Source: Dehalococcoidia bacterium (GTDB lineage: Bacteria; Chloroflexota; Dehalococcoidia; Lucifugimonadales; JAGWBF01). Taken from it: DNA of 64,000 bases. Numbering within the stretch: position 1 is the stretch's first letter; each line of letters begins with the position of its first letter. A program made the translations under genes and the position numbers. The notes beneath the pieces were generated by a model. The model was not told where the DNA came from and did not search any database. It was given only the letters and a program-made list of their open reading frames with translations. Shown piece by piece: positions 11,901-20,880 of the stretch. Location of the stretch: the NCBI GenBank assembly GCA_965226805.1, contig CBDDDW010000001.1:24233-88232 (forward strand), written 5' to 3'.

Positions 11901-14264
11901 TCAGGTCGATGACGTTGCTAAGGACCAGTTCCGACCATGTATCCAGAGCGTAGTTACCCTGCGGACTTTCGTTCCAGGACTGAATCCCGCTATGTCCCTC
12001 GGCTACATGGCCCCACGAGCCTGATATCCAATCGCCCGTCCCGCCCTCCATGTCGTCGAAGAACGGATATACTACGTCGGTTCCGGGAGTCTCATCGATG
12101 CGGATATCGTCGATCAACCAGCCGTTGGAGGCTGTGTTCGCGTTCGATTGCATTCGGAACCGGATCATCACGTTCTCTAGACCCGCGAAGTCGCCCAGGT
12201 CCACCTTCGACTCGCGCCATTCTGAGACGCCACCCGTGGCGAAGAAAACCTGCCGCCAGCTGCTTCCCCCGTTACTCGACACTTCAACAAGGATCCAGTC
12301 GGCGTTCTCTTGCACGCTGTAGATGTGCCAGAAGCTCAGGACCGGCATTATTGCAGTACCCAGGTTTATGCCGATCGTCAGCGAGGTGCTGACGCTATCG
12401 GCGTAGCTGCCCGCCTCGCTGTCAGTCCATGAGAAGTTGCCACTGTAGGAGGCCTCCTCGGTCAGTGTCCAGGGGACCTGAGGGTCCCAGTTGCCCCGGC
12501 CTCCTTCCATGTTGTCGAAGAAGGGGTAGGCTACGAGGCCGCCCGGGGCGAAGGTGGTGGCGCTCATCTCGTTGCTTGCTGTCACCGCGCCGTGGGGGTT
12601 GACAACGAAGACCTTGTAGTAGTACTCGGTCTGATTGGCCAGACCGTCATCGATGTCACCGGTTATCGTCTGGTCGGAGATGGTCCTTACCAGCGTGTCG
12701 GACAAGTCCACTCCCGGCTGGGTATCCCGGTGGATCTGGTAGGCGCCGAAGGATACGTCGTCGTTGCGGGACCACTCCAGCCGGATCTCATCCTCGCCAG
12801 GTGGAGGCTGTGGCGTGACAGACTCCAATATTACCGCTGTCGGCAGGTCCGAGATGCTCACGTCATCGATGGTCCACCCATCGGCGCCGTCAACAGCGTC
12901 GGTCACCATGCGGAAACGGACCCTTGCGAGTGGCGACTCCGCGCTCAGACCCAGTTGGACCTGGGTCCAGGTGCCCACGGTCATGCCGGTGTAGGAGGCC
13001 ACCTCTCTCCAGGTGGTCCCGTCGTTGGTGGATATCTCCACGCTAGCCAGGTCGCCGGCCAGGATGTCCAGCAAGTGCCAGAAGACAAGCTGGGAGCCGG
13101 TGGTGATGGAGATGGCGTCGGCCAGGACCAATGAGGAATCGACATCGTTTGCATAGTCCGCGCCGGGGCTGTCGGTCCAGGCCTTTGTGCCGCTGTGGGC
13201 CGAGGCGGGTGTGACCCAGTCCAGCCGTTCACGGGCTCGGGGCTCCAGTTGTTGCCAGAGGCCTCCATGTCGTCTGAGAAGGGATAGTCGATGCCAGGCA
13301 GGGTGATGCCGCTCACCTCGTTGCTGCCGCTATAGATGTCGGTGTTATCGACCACGAACACCATATAGTGGAAAGTCGTCTTCCCCGGGAGGCCGGCATC
13401 GGTATAGGAGCCGGAGTTTGGGCCGGTGAGAGTGGCCACCAGAGTATCGTTGAAGGTGACGCCCGGACTCTCGCTACGGAACACTTGGTAGCTGGCGAAG
13501 TCTGCGGCGTCGCTGGTCGACCAGGAAAGGTCCAGGGACGTATTGGTTGCGCCGGAAACCGGGTCCAGGACAACGGCTGCGGGCTGATCGTCGATGGCTA
13601 TATCGTCCAGGTACCATCCGTCCTCTACAACGCTCTCGTCCGTGTTCACCCTGAAACGGACCAGCACCGAGGCTTCTCCTCCATAAGCCGCCAGGCTTAG
13701 CTGCTCAAGGACCCACGGCTCAACAGAAGCAGCCTCCAATGGAGAACCGGGCTCCGGTGATCCGGACTCCTCGGACTTGGACGAAGCGGCCTGGGCCTCG
13801 GCGGCCAACGGGTCGACGGCGCTGCCGGAGTATGTGGCTATGATTGTCCAGGAAGCGCCATCCGAGCTGGACACCTCCACGTAGCCGAAGTCGAAGCCGC
13901 GCTCAAAGCGGTAGTGGTGCCAGAATTTTAGCTGAGGGGAAGCGGTGGCAGATAGGTCGATCGGGGAGGCAAGGGTCAGGGAGACATCCACGCTGTTGCC
14001 GTAGTAGGCGGCGGGGCTGTCAGTCCAGGAATTAACCGGGCTGTTGAAGTCATTGTTCGTCCGAGCCCACGGTGAGTCAGCGGTCCAGAAATCAGCCGTC
14101 GCTACCTCAACATCGTCGGTGAAAGGCACTGTGATGTGAGAGACCGCGGATACCGAGGATGGGGAGGACAAGTTCGGCCCTCCGAGGATGAGGGCGGTGG
14201 CGGCGAGGACCACCAATACTAACGATAGAAGCACAACGGGAGCCGCGGTTGATAGCACTCTCAC
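8908..14264 (-). CDS. giant secreted surface protein: about 7 copies of a ~180-aa MAM/lectin-like beta-sandwich module interleaved with FN3 domains, then a cohesin-like domain and C-terminal dockerin; one frame break near 13225
   Basis: Track ORFs 12981-14264 (signal peptide MRVLSTAAPVVLLSLVLVVLAA) and 8908-13131. The recurring module is YPFFDxMEGG..W....SWTDSP...L.FWH.Y....D.G.VE.S.NGG.SW. FN3 strings include YQIHRD and YEIYRS. The C-terminus is DANGDGQVSALDITM...DANEDGAVNALDLTM. The assignment of the repeated module to a family is uncertain. Confidence 0.75.
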
Positions 14265-14650
14265 GATTCCCTTTCCTCCTAATTATCCTCTGCCAGCGGG
14301 GCGTCCCGCTACACCTCTGCCCCTCTTCCCAGGCCCGCTGCTGATAATGGTTTGTGTGCAGTCTAGTAACCCCAAGACATGATTGTCAAGCCCGAATAGG
14401 CGCTGGTGGGTGACCGGGCGCACTCCCAGACGGGCTCGTTGGAAGACGCAATGTCCGAACTCGACCCGAGGCTGGTTTACACTGAGTCGATATACCACGG
14501 TGATGGCCCATAGCGATGCCGAATTGACTCAGATAGGATGCTTGTCAATGGCGTTAGACTCCTGCTCGTGGTATAGTTCATCTAACCCACATAAAAGAAG
14601 CCAGCCGCGAATTGCACCAACCCAATATCATGGGAACTGAAGGAAACTAT

Positions 14651-15646
14651 ATGCTCGACGAATACAAAACGGTGCTCGTGACCGGAGGGGCAGGATTCAT
14701 AGGCAGACACTTGGTGAACGCTCTTTTAGATCTGGGCAAAGAAGTAGTGGTGCTAGATGACCTCTCCACGGCCGCCCCGAAAGTCAATCCACGGCGGGTT
14801 AGGCTGATTCACGCTGATATACGGGAACCCAAAGGAATTGCTGAGGCTGCTAATGGCGCCGACCTGATCTTTCACCTAGCCGCGAACTCCAACGGAACGA
14901 TCTCGGTGGAGAATATCCGATTAGACTTCGAGACGAATGCCATGGGAACCTTTAACATACTGGAAGCTGCGCTTCGAGCCGGAACGAAAAGAGTCCTTTA
15001 CGTTTCCTCAGCCTCGGTATACGGCGTCCCCCTGCAGTTTCCCATGGACGAAGCGCACCCGACAAGGCCCTTCGTGCCCCATGGCGCGTCAAAGCTGGCT
15101 GGGGAGATGTGCTCTCTCTCGTTCTCCAGAGCCTACGGTCTGCCAGTGGTGATCGCCAGGCCATTCTGCGTATATGGCCCTGGGGAGAATCCAGGGTGGG
15201 CGCTGGTTGAGGTATCCAGATACCTACGATGGCACTTGAACAATATGCCGATACACGTTGTGGGTGACGTGAAACGCAAGACGCGAGATTTCGTTCACGT
15301 CAGCGATGTGGTACAGGGCTTGATGCTGACTGCTGATCGAGGCGATCCGGGTGAGGTTTACAACCTGGGGTCCGGCGAAGAGGTGTCCATGAGGCAGCTA
15401 ACAGACGCGATAGGGGACATCACCGGGCGGGTCGCATCTGTCAATGAGATCTCCAGCGTAACGGAGGACACCTACCGCCTTGTCTCGGACATCTCGAAAA
15501 TCAGCTCTATTGGGTATGCCCCGCGGATGTCTCTGGCGGATGGCTTGACGAGCCTGGTCGCAGACCTGGGGGACGCACCAGAGCTCCCCAGCGGGGCGAC
15601 CATCTTCTTCAAGGGCCAAAAGGCTGAACGGTTGGCGGACTCCTAG
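14651..15646 (+). CDS. NAD-dependent epimerase/dehydratase (extended SDR, UDP-sugar 4-epimerase-like)
   Basis: Track ORF 14612-15646. Rossmann motif VLVTGGAGFIGRHL and catalytic region SSASVYG...PHGASKLAGE (YxxxK variant). The ATG at 14651 follows GAAGGAAA. Confidence 0.85.
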   Translation: MLDEYKTVLVTGGAGFIGRHLVNALLDLGKEVVVLDDLSTAAPKVNPRRVRLIHADIREPKGIAEAANGADLIFHLAANSNGTISVENIRLDFETNAMGTFNILEAALRAGTKRVLYVSSASVYGVPLQFPMDEAHPTRPFVPHGASKLAGEMCSLSFSRAYGLPVVIARPFCVYGPGENPGWALVEVSRYLRWHLNNMPIHVVGDVKRKTRDFVHVSDVVQGLMLTADRGDPGEVYNLGSGEEVSMRQLTDAIGDITGRVASVNEISSVTEDTYRLVSDISKISSIGYAPRMSLADGLTSLVADLGDAPELPSGATIFFKGQKAERLADS

Positions 15647-15667
15647 CCCAAAACCGCTAAATTGACA

Positions 15668-16039
15668 TGTGCGCTGCATCAGACTTTCGGCGACACGCAA
15701 CTCCCCGTTGGCGAAGCAACCTTCTCCAGGCACGGGGATTATCGGTCTTCCTGCACTGAGAAAGTGAACACTCAGGAGACAGACCTCTCCGTCACATGGT
15801 AGGACCTCGGCGAACCTTTTCTGATCGGCATTACCCCTGGGAGAGTGCCGAGGTGGGCGCCCCCGGATTCTCAAAATCGACCTCAGGGCCTATACAGCGT
15901 GCTGATCCCAGCGAACGGAGCTGAGGTGGTGGTCAACGGTAAGGCCGCGTCGGGACGGCCGTTCCCCCGGGAGACCTTCGGACACCCGGATAGCACCTGC
16001 GGCCTCGCCTGGTCTGAAACGTGGGTGAGGGCCAGGTAA
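15668..16039 (+). pseudogene. C-terminal fragment of the uncharacterised ~190-aa family (paralogue of 48586-49170 and 49298-49870) with an in-frame TAG
   Basis: Hand translation gives ..FGDTQLPVGEATFSRHGDYRSSCTEKVNTQETDLSVTW*DLGEPFLIGITPG...GLYSVLIPANGAEVVVNG...STCGLAWSETWVRAR. It is collinear with residues ~85-190 of the two intact copies. TAG at 15800-15802 replaces the Y/H of TW(Y/H)D. The N-terminal ~85 codons are missing. Confidence 0.7.
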
Positions 16040-16130
16040 GTCAATTTTAGCCCTGCCGCGACGAGACGCCATGGGTTATGTTGTTCGAGACCCTCTCTGT
16101 AGACGTAACTCAGTGGTGGGTAACGAAGCC

Positions 16131-16307
16131 TTACTCGTCCTTGATCACTTTCCGGACTGCTGCCATCAGCTCCGGAGTTAGCTCGATCGTGGGGTGGACC
16201 TGCGCGGCGTGCTCCCCAATCGACGCCATGACCTCGTCCTCCGTCGCCCCACTGGTCTTCCAGTCGCAGTCGACCCCAACGTCCCGGCAAGTGTACGTTT
16301 TAGCCAT
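16131..16307 (-). CDS. DUF1059-type small protein (58 aa; below the ORF-track size cutoff)
   Basis: Hand translation gives MAKTYTCRDVGVDCDWKTSGATEDEVMASIGEHAAQVHPTIELTPELMAAVRKVIKDE. The ATG at 16307 follows AAAGGGGGA. The C..D.G.DC...ATEDEV...EHA pattern matches my recollection of DUF1059. Confidence 0.7.
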   Translation of the reverse strand: MAKTYTCRDVGVDCDWKTSGATEDEVMASIGEHAAQVHPTIELTPELMAAVRKVIKDE

Positions 16308-16459
16308 AGCGTCCCCCTTTTTGAACTTTGGATAGCGTACTACAGCGCCACCCTACCCCCTTTCCCCGCTCAAAACATGCTCCATCTGAACCATTACGGG
16401 AGGATTCCGCCCAGATGTTGGGTGGGTGTAGGGGTCGAGCCTGGACGTGGGGAACGAAC

Positions 16460-17623
16460 CTACACGTTGGGCACAAGGCCATGCTGGGCGGCCAGGGTGG
16501 CAGCCTCCGTGCGATGCGCGAGCCCCGTTTTGGCGAGAATCGAGGCAACGTGCCGAGCCACAGTCGCCCGGCTGATCTCCAGTTCGTCCGCAATGATGGG
16601 ATTCGTCGCGCCTTGTGCGACCAACCCCAGTACCTGGAGCTCTCGGGCGCTGAGGCTCGAAAGGGCCGCTCCGTTCGATGGATTCGCATTCCCTCGCTTG
16701 CGCAAGCGTCGCTTCACGTCGCGGGCTTGGTCGAGATAGAATCGCTGCCCTGCGGGCAAAACGCACTCATCCTCGTTGACGTCAACTCCTTCGCGTTGAT
16801 GCACGACGACCACCTTCGCTTCCCCTGCTTTGCGGCGGACGGTGAATTCCATCCGATCGCCCGCCGTGTGGTCGCGGATCAACCGCTGCAGCAACGGGAG
16901 TGCATCAATCTTCTCGCCGTCGACGGCAACGATCACGTCCCTCGGCAGGAATCCCGCTGCAGCAACGGCACTACCGGGACGGGGAGGCATCAACTCGACG
17001 CCGTGCTCCGCCACCGGTGGGCGGGCGGCAATCCACGCCTCACCAAGAATGTCCCGGCTACTAATAGCGCCGACGCATATCCCGATGCTACAGCACGGGC
17101 ACGTGCACCTGCAAACGAATCCGTCTCTGTGCAACTCCCATACGACAACGTCATGGACCAAGGCGGTGATCTGGCCGGCGACGCCCAGGTACTCCTGCGT
17201 GTGTCGCCGCGAGATATCCGCTGTCGTGCCTTCGTCCGCCACCACCCAGCTATCTGCGGCACGTAGCGCGATGGGCTGAATGGTCGAGTAGGCGATCATG
17301 GCCTCCTGCACGATCGTGTAAGCAACGCCGAGCGCGTTCGACACTGGGTGCAGCTTGGCAAACTCGCCGATATCTGCCGAATCGCCAGCACCGCTTGTGC
17401 TCGCCTGGATGCATTCGTCGTCCGCCGGGGTCTGTAGGCGCTCGCACAGCACGCCCAGGTGTGTGCGAGCCATTTCCTCGATACCCGCCAACAAATCCCG
17501 CGCTGTGGGATGGCCCGAGGCGTCCCCACGGAGAGCGGCGACGGTCCGTTGGATACGTTTTTCGAGTACCACCATCGCCGTAAGCGCGAAGTAAAGTCGT
17601 TCAATGGGTGGATCGAGCACCAT
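16460..17623 (-). CDS. LuxR-family transcriptional regulator with internal PDZ domain and a Cys-rich cluster
   Basis: C-terminal HTH: LSARELQVLGLVAQGATNPIIADELEISRATVARHVASILAKTG. PDZ-like: GFLPRDVIVAVDGEKIDALPLLQRLI. Cluster: CRCTCPCCSIGIC (aa 171-183, nt 17075-17113). The N-terminal helical region was not assigned. Confidence 0.75.
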   Translation of the reverse strand: MVLDPPIERLYFALTAMVVLEKRIQRTVAALRGDASGHPTARDLLAGIEEMARTHLGVLCERLQTPADDECIQASTSGAGDSADIGEFAKLHPVSNALGVAYTIVQEAMIAYSTIQPIALRAADSWVVADEGTTADISRRHTQEYLGVAGQITALVHDVVVWELHRDGFVCRCTCPCCSIGICVGAISSRDILGEAWIAARPPVAEHGVELMPPRPGSAVAAAGFLPRDVIVAVDGEKIDALPLLQRLIRDHTAGDRMEFTVRRKAGEAKVVVVHQREGVDVNEDECVLPAGQRFYLDQARDVKRRLRKRGNANPSNGAALSSLSARELQVLGLVAQGATNPIIADELEISRATVARHVASILAKTGLAHRTEAATLAAQHGLVPNV

Positions 17624-18277
17624 GCTAACCTCCTAGTGAGCGAAGATCGCTCCCAATAATTGAAGCCGCACGGGGAATCCCGGGTGCTCTTTCCCCCAGC
17701 TAGAATTATCCCCGCAACCATCTCAGCTCAATTATAGACGACATGCAGTTAGGCCGTTATGTCAAGGGAGATAGCGGAGGTGAATGGGTGGCCTCAAATC
17801 GGACGTAGCGTCGAGAGCCCGTGATTCTGGCTTACACCTTGGATTTATTCAAGTCGACGCTATTAACCCGTGCCTCTATCGCAGTGTCGCTACTAAACAG
17901 CAATGATAGAGACGGGGGCTCTCTGATCTCGGTGACGCACAAAACCATATTAGAGTGGCGGCAGGCAAAGTAATCCAGTCCAGCGCCTCTGAGATCCCGT
18001 CGGAGTAGATCGAACGAGTCGTCAACGAAAGCTTAGGTCCGTTAATGGAACTTCGTCCGACGCACGGCTAGCCGGAGGTCCTGGCGAGTGTCACGGCTGA
18101 TGCTGTAGGCTGATTATAAGTTGGTACAAGACCCGGCAAAGACGTCCGATAGACTTAGAACAGGGGCCATGCTACACTACCTGGGCTGCGGCCAGGATGT
18201 GCGTTATGTCTCACCGCTGAAAGCCAGGCGCCAGTTACCTGGAGTGGAAAAGCAGGAAACGTGTCTAGGAGGACTTG

Positions 18278-19381
18278 ATGGCTACGCCGAAAACTGGCAC
18301 CGGAGAGAAGATTCAGCTGATCCCTTCTAACACCGGGCGACGGACGTGGACGGCGCCTCCCAAGGCCCTGCAGAGTGAAGTGGTGCCCAATGAGCTCTTC
18401 TACGTCCGCAACCACTGGAAGGATGTCCCGGAGTTTGACATAGCTACCTACCGTCTGGTCGTGGACGGTGAAGTAGATCGTCCTCTGACACTCACCTTCG
18501 ACGACGTACATCAGATTCCCAGAAAGGACCTGAGTGTAACCCTTGAGTGTTGCGGTAACGGACCCGTTCCCGAGTATTGGACAAAGAAGAACCGCAATGT
18601 AATGGAGCGGGCCACTGGCCACGGCCTGCTGGGCAACGCCGCCTGGGCCGGAGTGTCCGTGGCTGAGGTTCTGAATATGGCCGGTGTCAGATCCACGGCG
18701 GTGGATGTCGTGTTTGAGGGCGCCGACCATGGCCCCGACGAAGTGGCTGGGGACCCTCCCGACGTGGCCTACGAGCGGAGCGTTCCCGTTGAGAAAGCCA
18801 TGCACCCGGATACACTGCTAGCCTATGAGATGAACGGCGAGCCTCTGCCCCCCATCCACGGCTTCCCCCTCCGTCTGGTGGTGCCGGGCTGGTACGGAAT
18901 GACCTCCATCAAGTGGCTTATCGGGATTCATGTCCTGGACCACGAGTTCAAGGGGTTCTATCAGATGGAGCGGTATATGACGGTGAATGGCCCCGGCGCC
19001 GAGACCTACTATACCTACCACACGAAGATGAAGGTGAAGTCGATTATCACCAGCCCCACTCCGGAGGAGTTTATTCCGATGGGCGCCTGCCTGGTGAGTG
19101 GGGCCGCGTGGTCGGGCGAGGAGGAAGTGGTCAGGGTGGAGGTGAGCGCGGACGGCGGCAAGACGTGGAGCGAAGCAAGTCTCAAGCCCAGGACCGATTA
19201 CTCCTGGTACCGGTGGGAGTACACCTGGCAGACTCCCGCGCCCGGCCAGTACATCCTGATGTCCCGCGCCACCAACGACAAGGGTGTTACCCAGCCCATG
19301 GACTTCCCCAACAAATGGGACGGAATCGGATACGGGAACAACATGGTGTTCGAGCACCCTGTGGAGGTCCGGGGCGGGTAG
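18278..19381 (+). CDS. sulfite-oxidase-family molybdopterin oxidoreductase (Mo-binding plus dimerisation domains)
   Basis: Track ORF 18275-19381. YRLVVDGEVDRPLTLTFDDV...VTLECCGNG contains the conserved Mo-ligand Cys motif, and the C-terminus has an Ig-like dimerisation region. The ATG at 18278 follows AGGAGG. Confidence 0.85.
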   Translation: MATPKTGTGEKIQLIPSNTGRRTWTAPPKALQSEVVPNELFYVRNHWKDVPEFDIATYRLVVDGEVDRPLTLTFDDVHQIPRKDLSVTLECCGNGPVPEYWTKKNRNVMERATGHGLLGNAAWAGVSVAEVLNMAGVRSTAVDVVFEGADHGPDEVAGDPPDVAYERSVPVEKAMHPDTLLAYEMNGEPLPPIHGFPLRLVVPGWYGMTSIKWLIGIHVLDHEFKGFYQMERYMTVNGPGAETYYTYHTKMKVKSIITSPTPEEFIPMGACLVSGAAWSGEEEVVRVEVSADGGKTWSEASLKPRTDYSWYRWEYTWQTPAPGQYILMSRATNDKGVTQPMDFPNKWDGIGYGNNMVFEHPVEVRGG

Positions 19382-19587
19382 CTGCACAGGCAAGGTTGTC
19401 TTTCGAGTCTATCCCACACTTCCCTTCCCTCGCGCAGCTATACGTGGACGGGCCTTCGTTGGCCGCTCCAGCACACCTGCTTGAAGCCCAGAACAACCCG
19501 ATTCGGCATGAGGGCTAAGGTGCCGTCACGGACAGGTTCGGCTCTGGATTGTCCTCGGCGTAGTGGCCGAGAAACGTAAGGAGAGGT

Positions 19588-20790
19588 ATGGCTACCGAGA
19601 TTCTGCTGCCCCAGTGGGGCATGGAGATGCAGGACGGCACCATAGTCAAGTGGCTTAAGAAGGAAGGGGACCCTATTCAGGAGGGGGAGCCTCTGGTGGA
19701 GGTGGAGACCGCCAAGCTGGAGACGGAGATGGAGTCCACCGCTTCTGGCGTGGTGGCCCAGATCCTGGTGCAGGAGGGTGCGACTGTCCCCATTCGAACC
19801 GTATTGGCAATAATAGCCGCTCCAGGGGAAGAGGTATCGCGGCCCGCTGTCGATGCTCCGGCGCCCGAGGCGGCGGCCCAGGCCGTGGACTCGGCCGCTC
19901 AGCGGACCGAAGTCGACCGTTCCCGGCCCGGGGAAACAGCGGCGATTCAGGCCGTGCCGGCGGCGAGGCGCCTGGCCGGCCAGCATGGGATCGACCTTGC
20001 CCGGGTCCAGGGCACGGGACCCAGGGGCAGAATTCTGATTAAGGACGTGGAGGGGGCCATAGAGGCCGGGGGCACGCGCCCGGGCCAGGTGGTGCCCATC
20101 AGTGGCTTACGGCAGACCATCGCCAGCCGGATGTTGCAGAGTGTGCAAAGCATGGCCCAGGTGACTCTGACTACGGAGGCCGATGTAACCGACGCCATGA
20201 GGCTCCGAGAGGGGCTGGCCCGCCAATGGACTAACAGTGGCCTCAATCCCATGCATGTCGTCATCAAAGCCATCGCCCGTGCCCTCAAAGAGCACCCAAG
20301 GATGAACGCTGTTCAGAGAGAAGATGAGGTAGAGCTGGTCGAGGATATCAACATAGGGCTGGCCGTATCCCTTCCTGAAGGTTTGATTGTACCTGTCCTC
20401 CGCCAGGCCGACGACAAAAATCTGGCGGAGATCGCAAGGGAGGCACGCGACCTGGCAGTCAGGGCCCGGGATGGCAAGGCCTCCTACGAGGAGTTGACGG
20501 GAGGCACGTTTACCATAACCAACCTTGGCGCCTACGACATAGATGCGTTTACCCCCATCATAAACCCGCCCCAGGTAGGCATTCTCGGTGTCGGCAGGGT
20601 CGTGGAGAAACCAGCTATCCACAATGGAGAGATAACCGGTCGGTCGATGGTCTTCTTGAGCCTCACCTTCGACCACCGGGTGATAGATGGGGCGCCCGCA
20701 GCGGACTTCCTGCGCACAGTCAAGGGCCACCTGGAAGACCCCTGGTGGATGGTAGCCTCTCTCCACACCGACCAGCCCGAGAACAGCTAA
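19588..20790 (+). CDS. 2-oxoacid dehydrogenase complex E2 (dihydrolipoamide acyltransferase)
   Basis: Lipoyl domain VEVETAKLETEMES, subunit-binding domain AVPAARRLAGQHGIDLARVQGTGPRGRI, and catalytic LSLTFDHRVIDGAPAADFL. SD is AAGGAGAGG. Confidence 0.9.
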   Translation: MATEILLPQWGMEMQDGTIVKWLKKEGDPIQEGEPLVEVETAKLETEMESTASGVVAQILVQEGATVPIRTVLAIIAAPGEEVSRPAVDAPAPEAAAQAVDSAAQRTEVDRSRPGETAAIQAVPAARRLAGQHGIDLARVQGTGPRGRILIKDVEGAIEAGGTRPGQVVPISGLRQTIASRMLQSVQSMAQVTLTTEADVTDAMRLREGLARQWTNSGLNPMHVVIKAIARALKEHPRMNAVQREDEVELVEDINIGLAVSLPEGLIVPVLRQADDKNLAEIAREARDLAVRARDGKASYEELTGGTFTITNLGAYDIDAFTPIINPPQVGILGVGRVVEKPAIHNGEITGRSMVFLSLTFDHRVIDGAPAADFLRTVKGHLEDPWWMVASLHTDQPENS

Positions 20791-20880
20791 GGCGAAGAGT
20801 ACGGCGGATCACTGTCGGGGTGTGGGAGGCACTGAGATCAGAGGGAAGACCCGGCGCGAAATAGGCCGGAGGGTGGGACG

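Noticed and set aside
15800-15802. In-frame TAG here (and TAA at 45763-45765) as evidence of stop-codon reassignment or pyrrolysine.
   Set aside because: TAG, TAA and TGA all terminate well-supported genes throughout the window. Both affected genes carry additional lesions (a truncation and a frameshift), so ordinary nonsense mutations or errors are the simpler explanation.
15398-15874. 158-aa minus-strand ORF spanning the epimerase 3' end and the pseudogene fragment.
   Set aside because: It overlaps two features that have clear homology on the plus strand, and it has no recognisable content.
18061-18277. Possible Moco riboswitch upstream of the molybdoenzyme gene (GCCGGAGG.. and AAAGCC..CCTGGAG strings).
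   Set aside because: There are only vague resemblances. I cannot reproduce the conserved Moco-motif helices by eye, so a covariance-model scan is needed.
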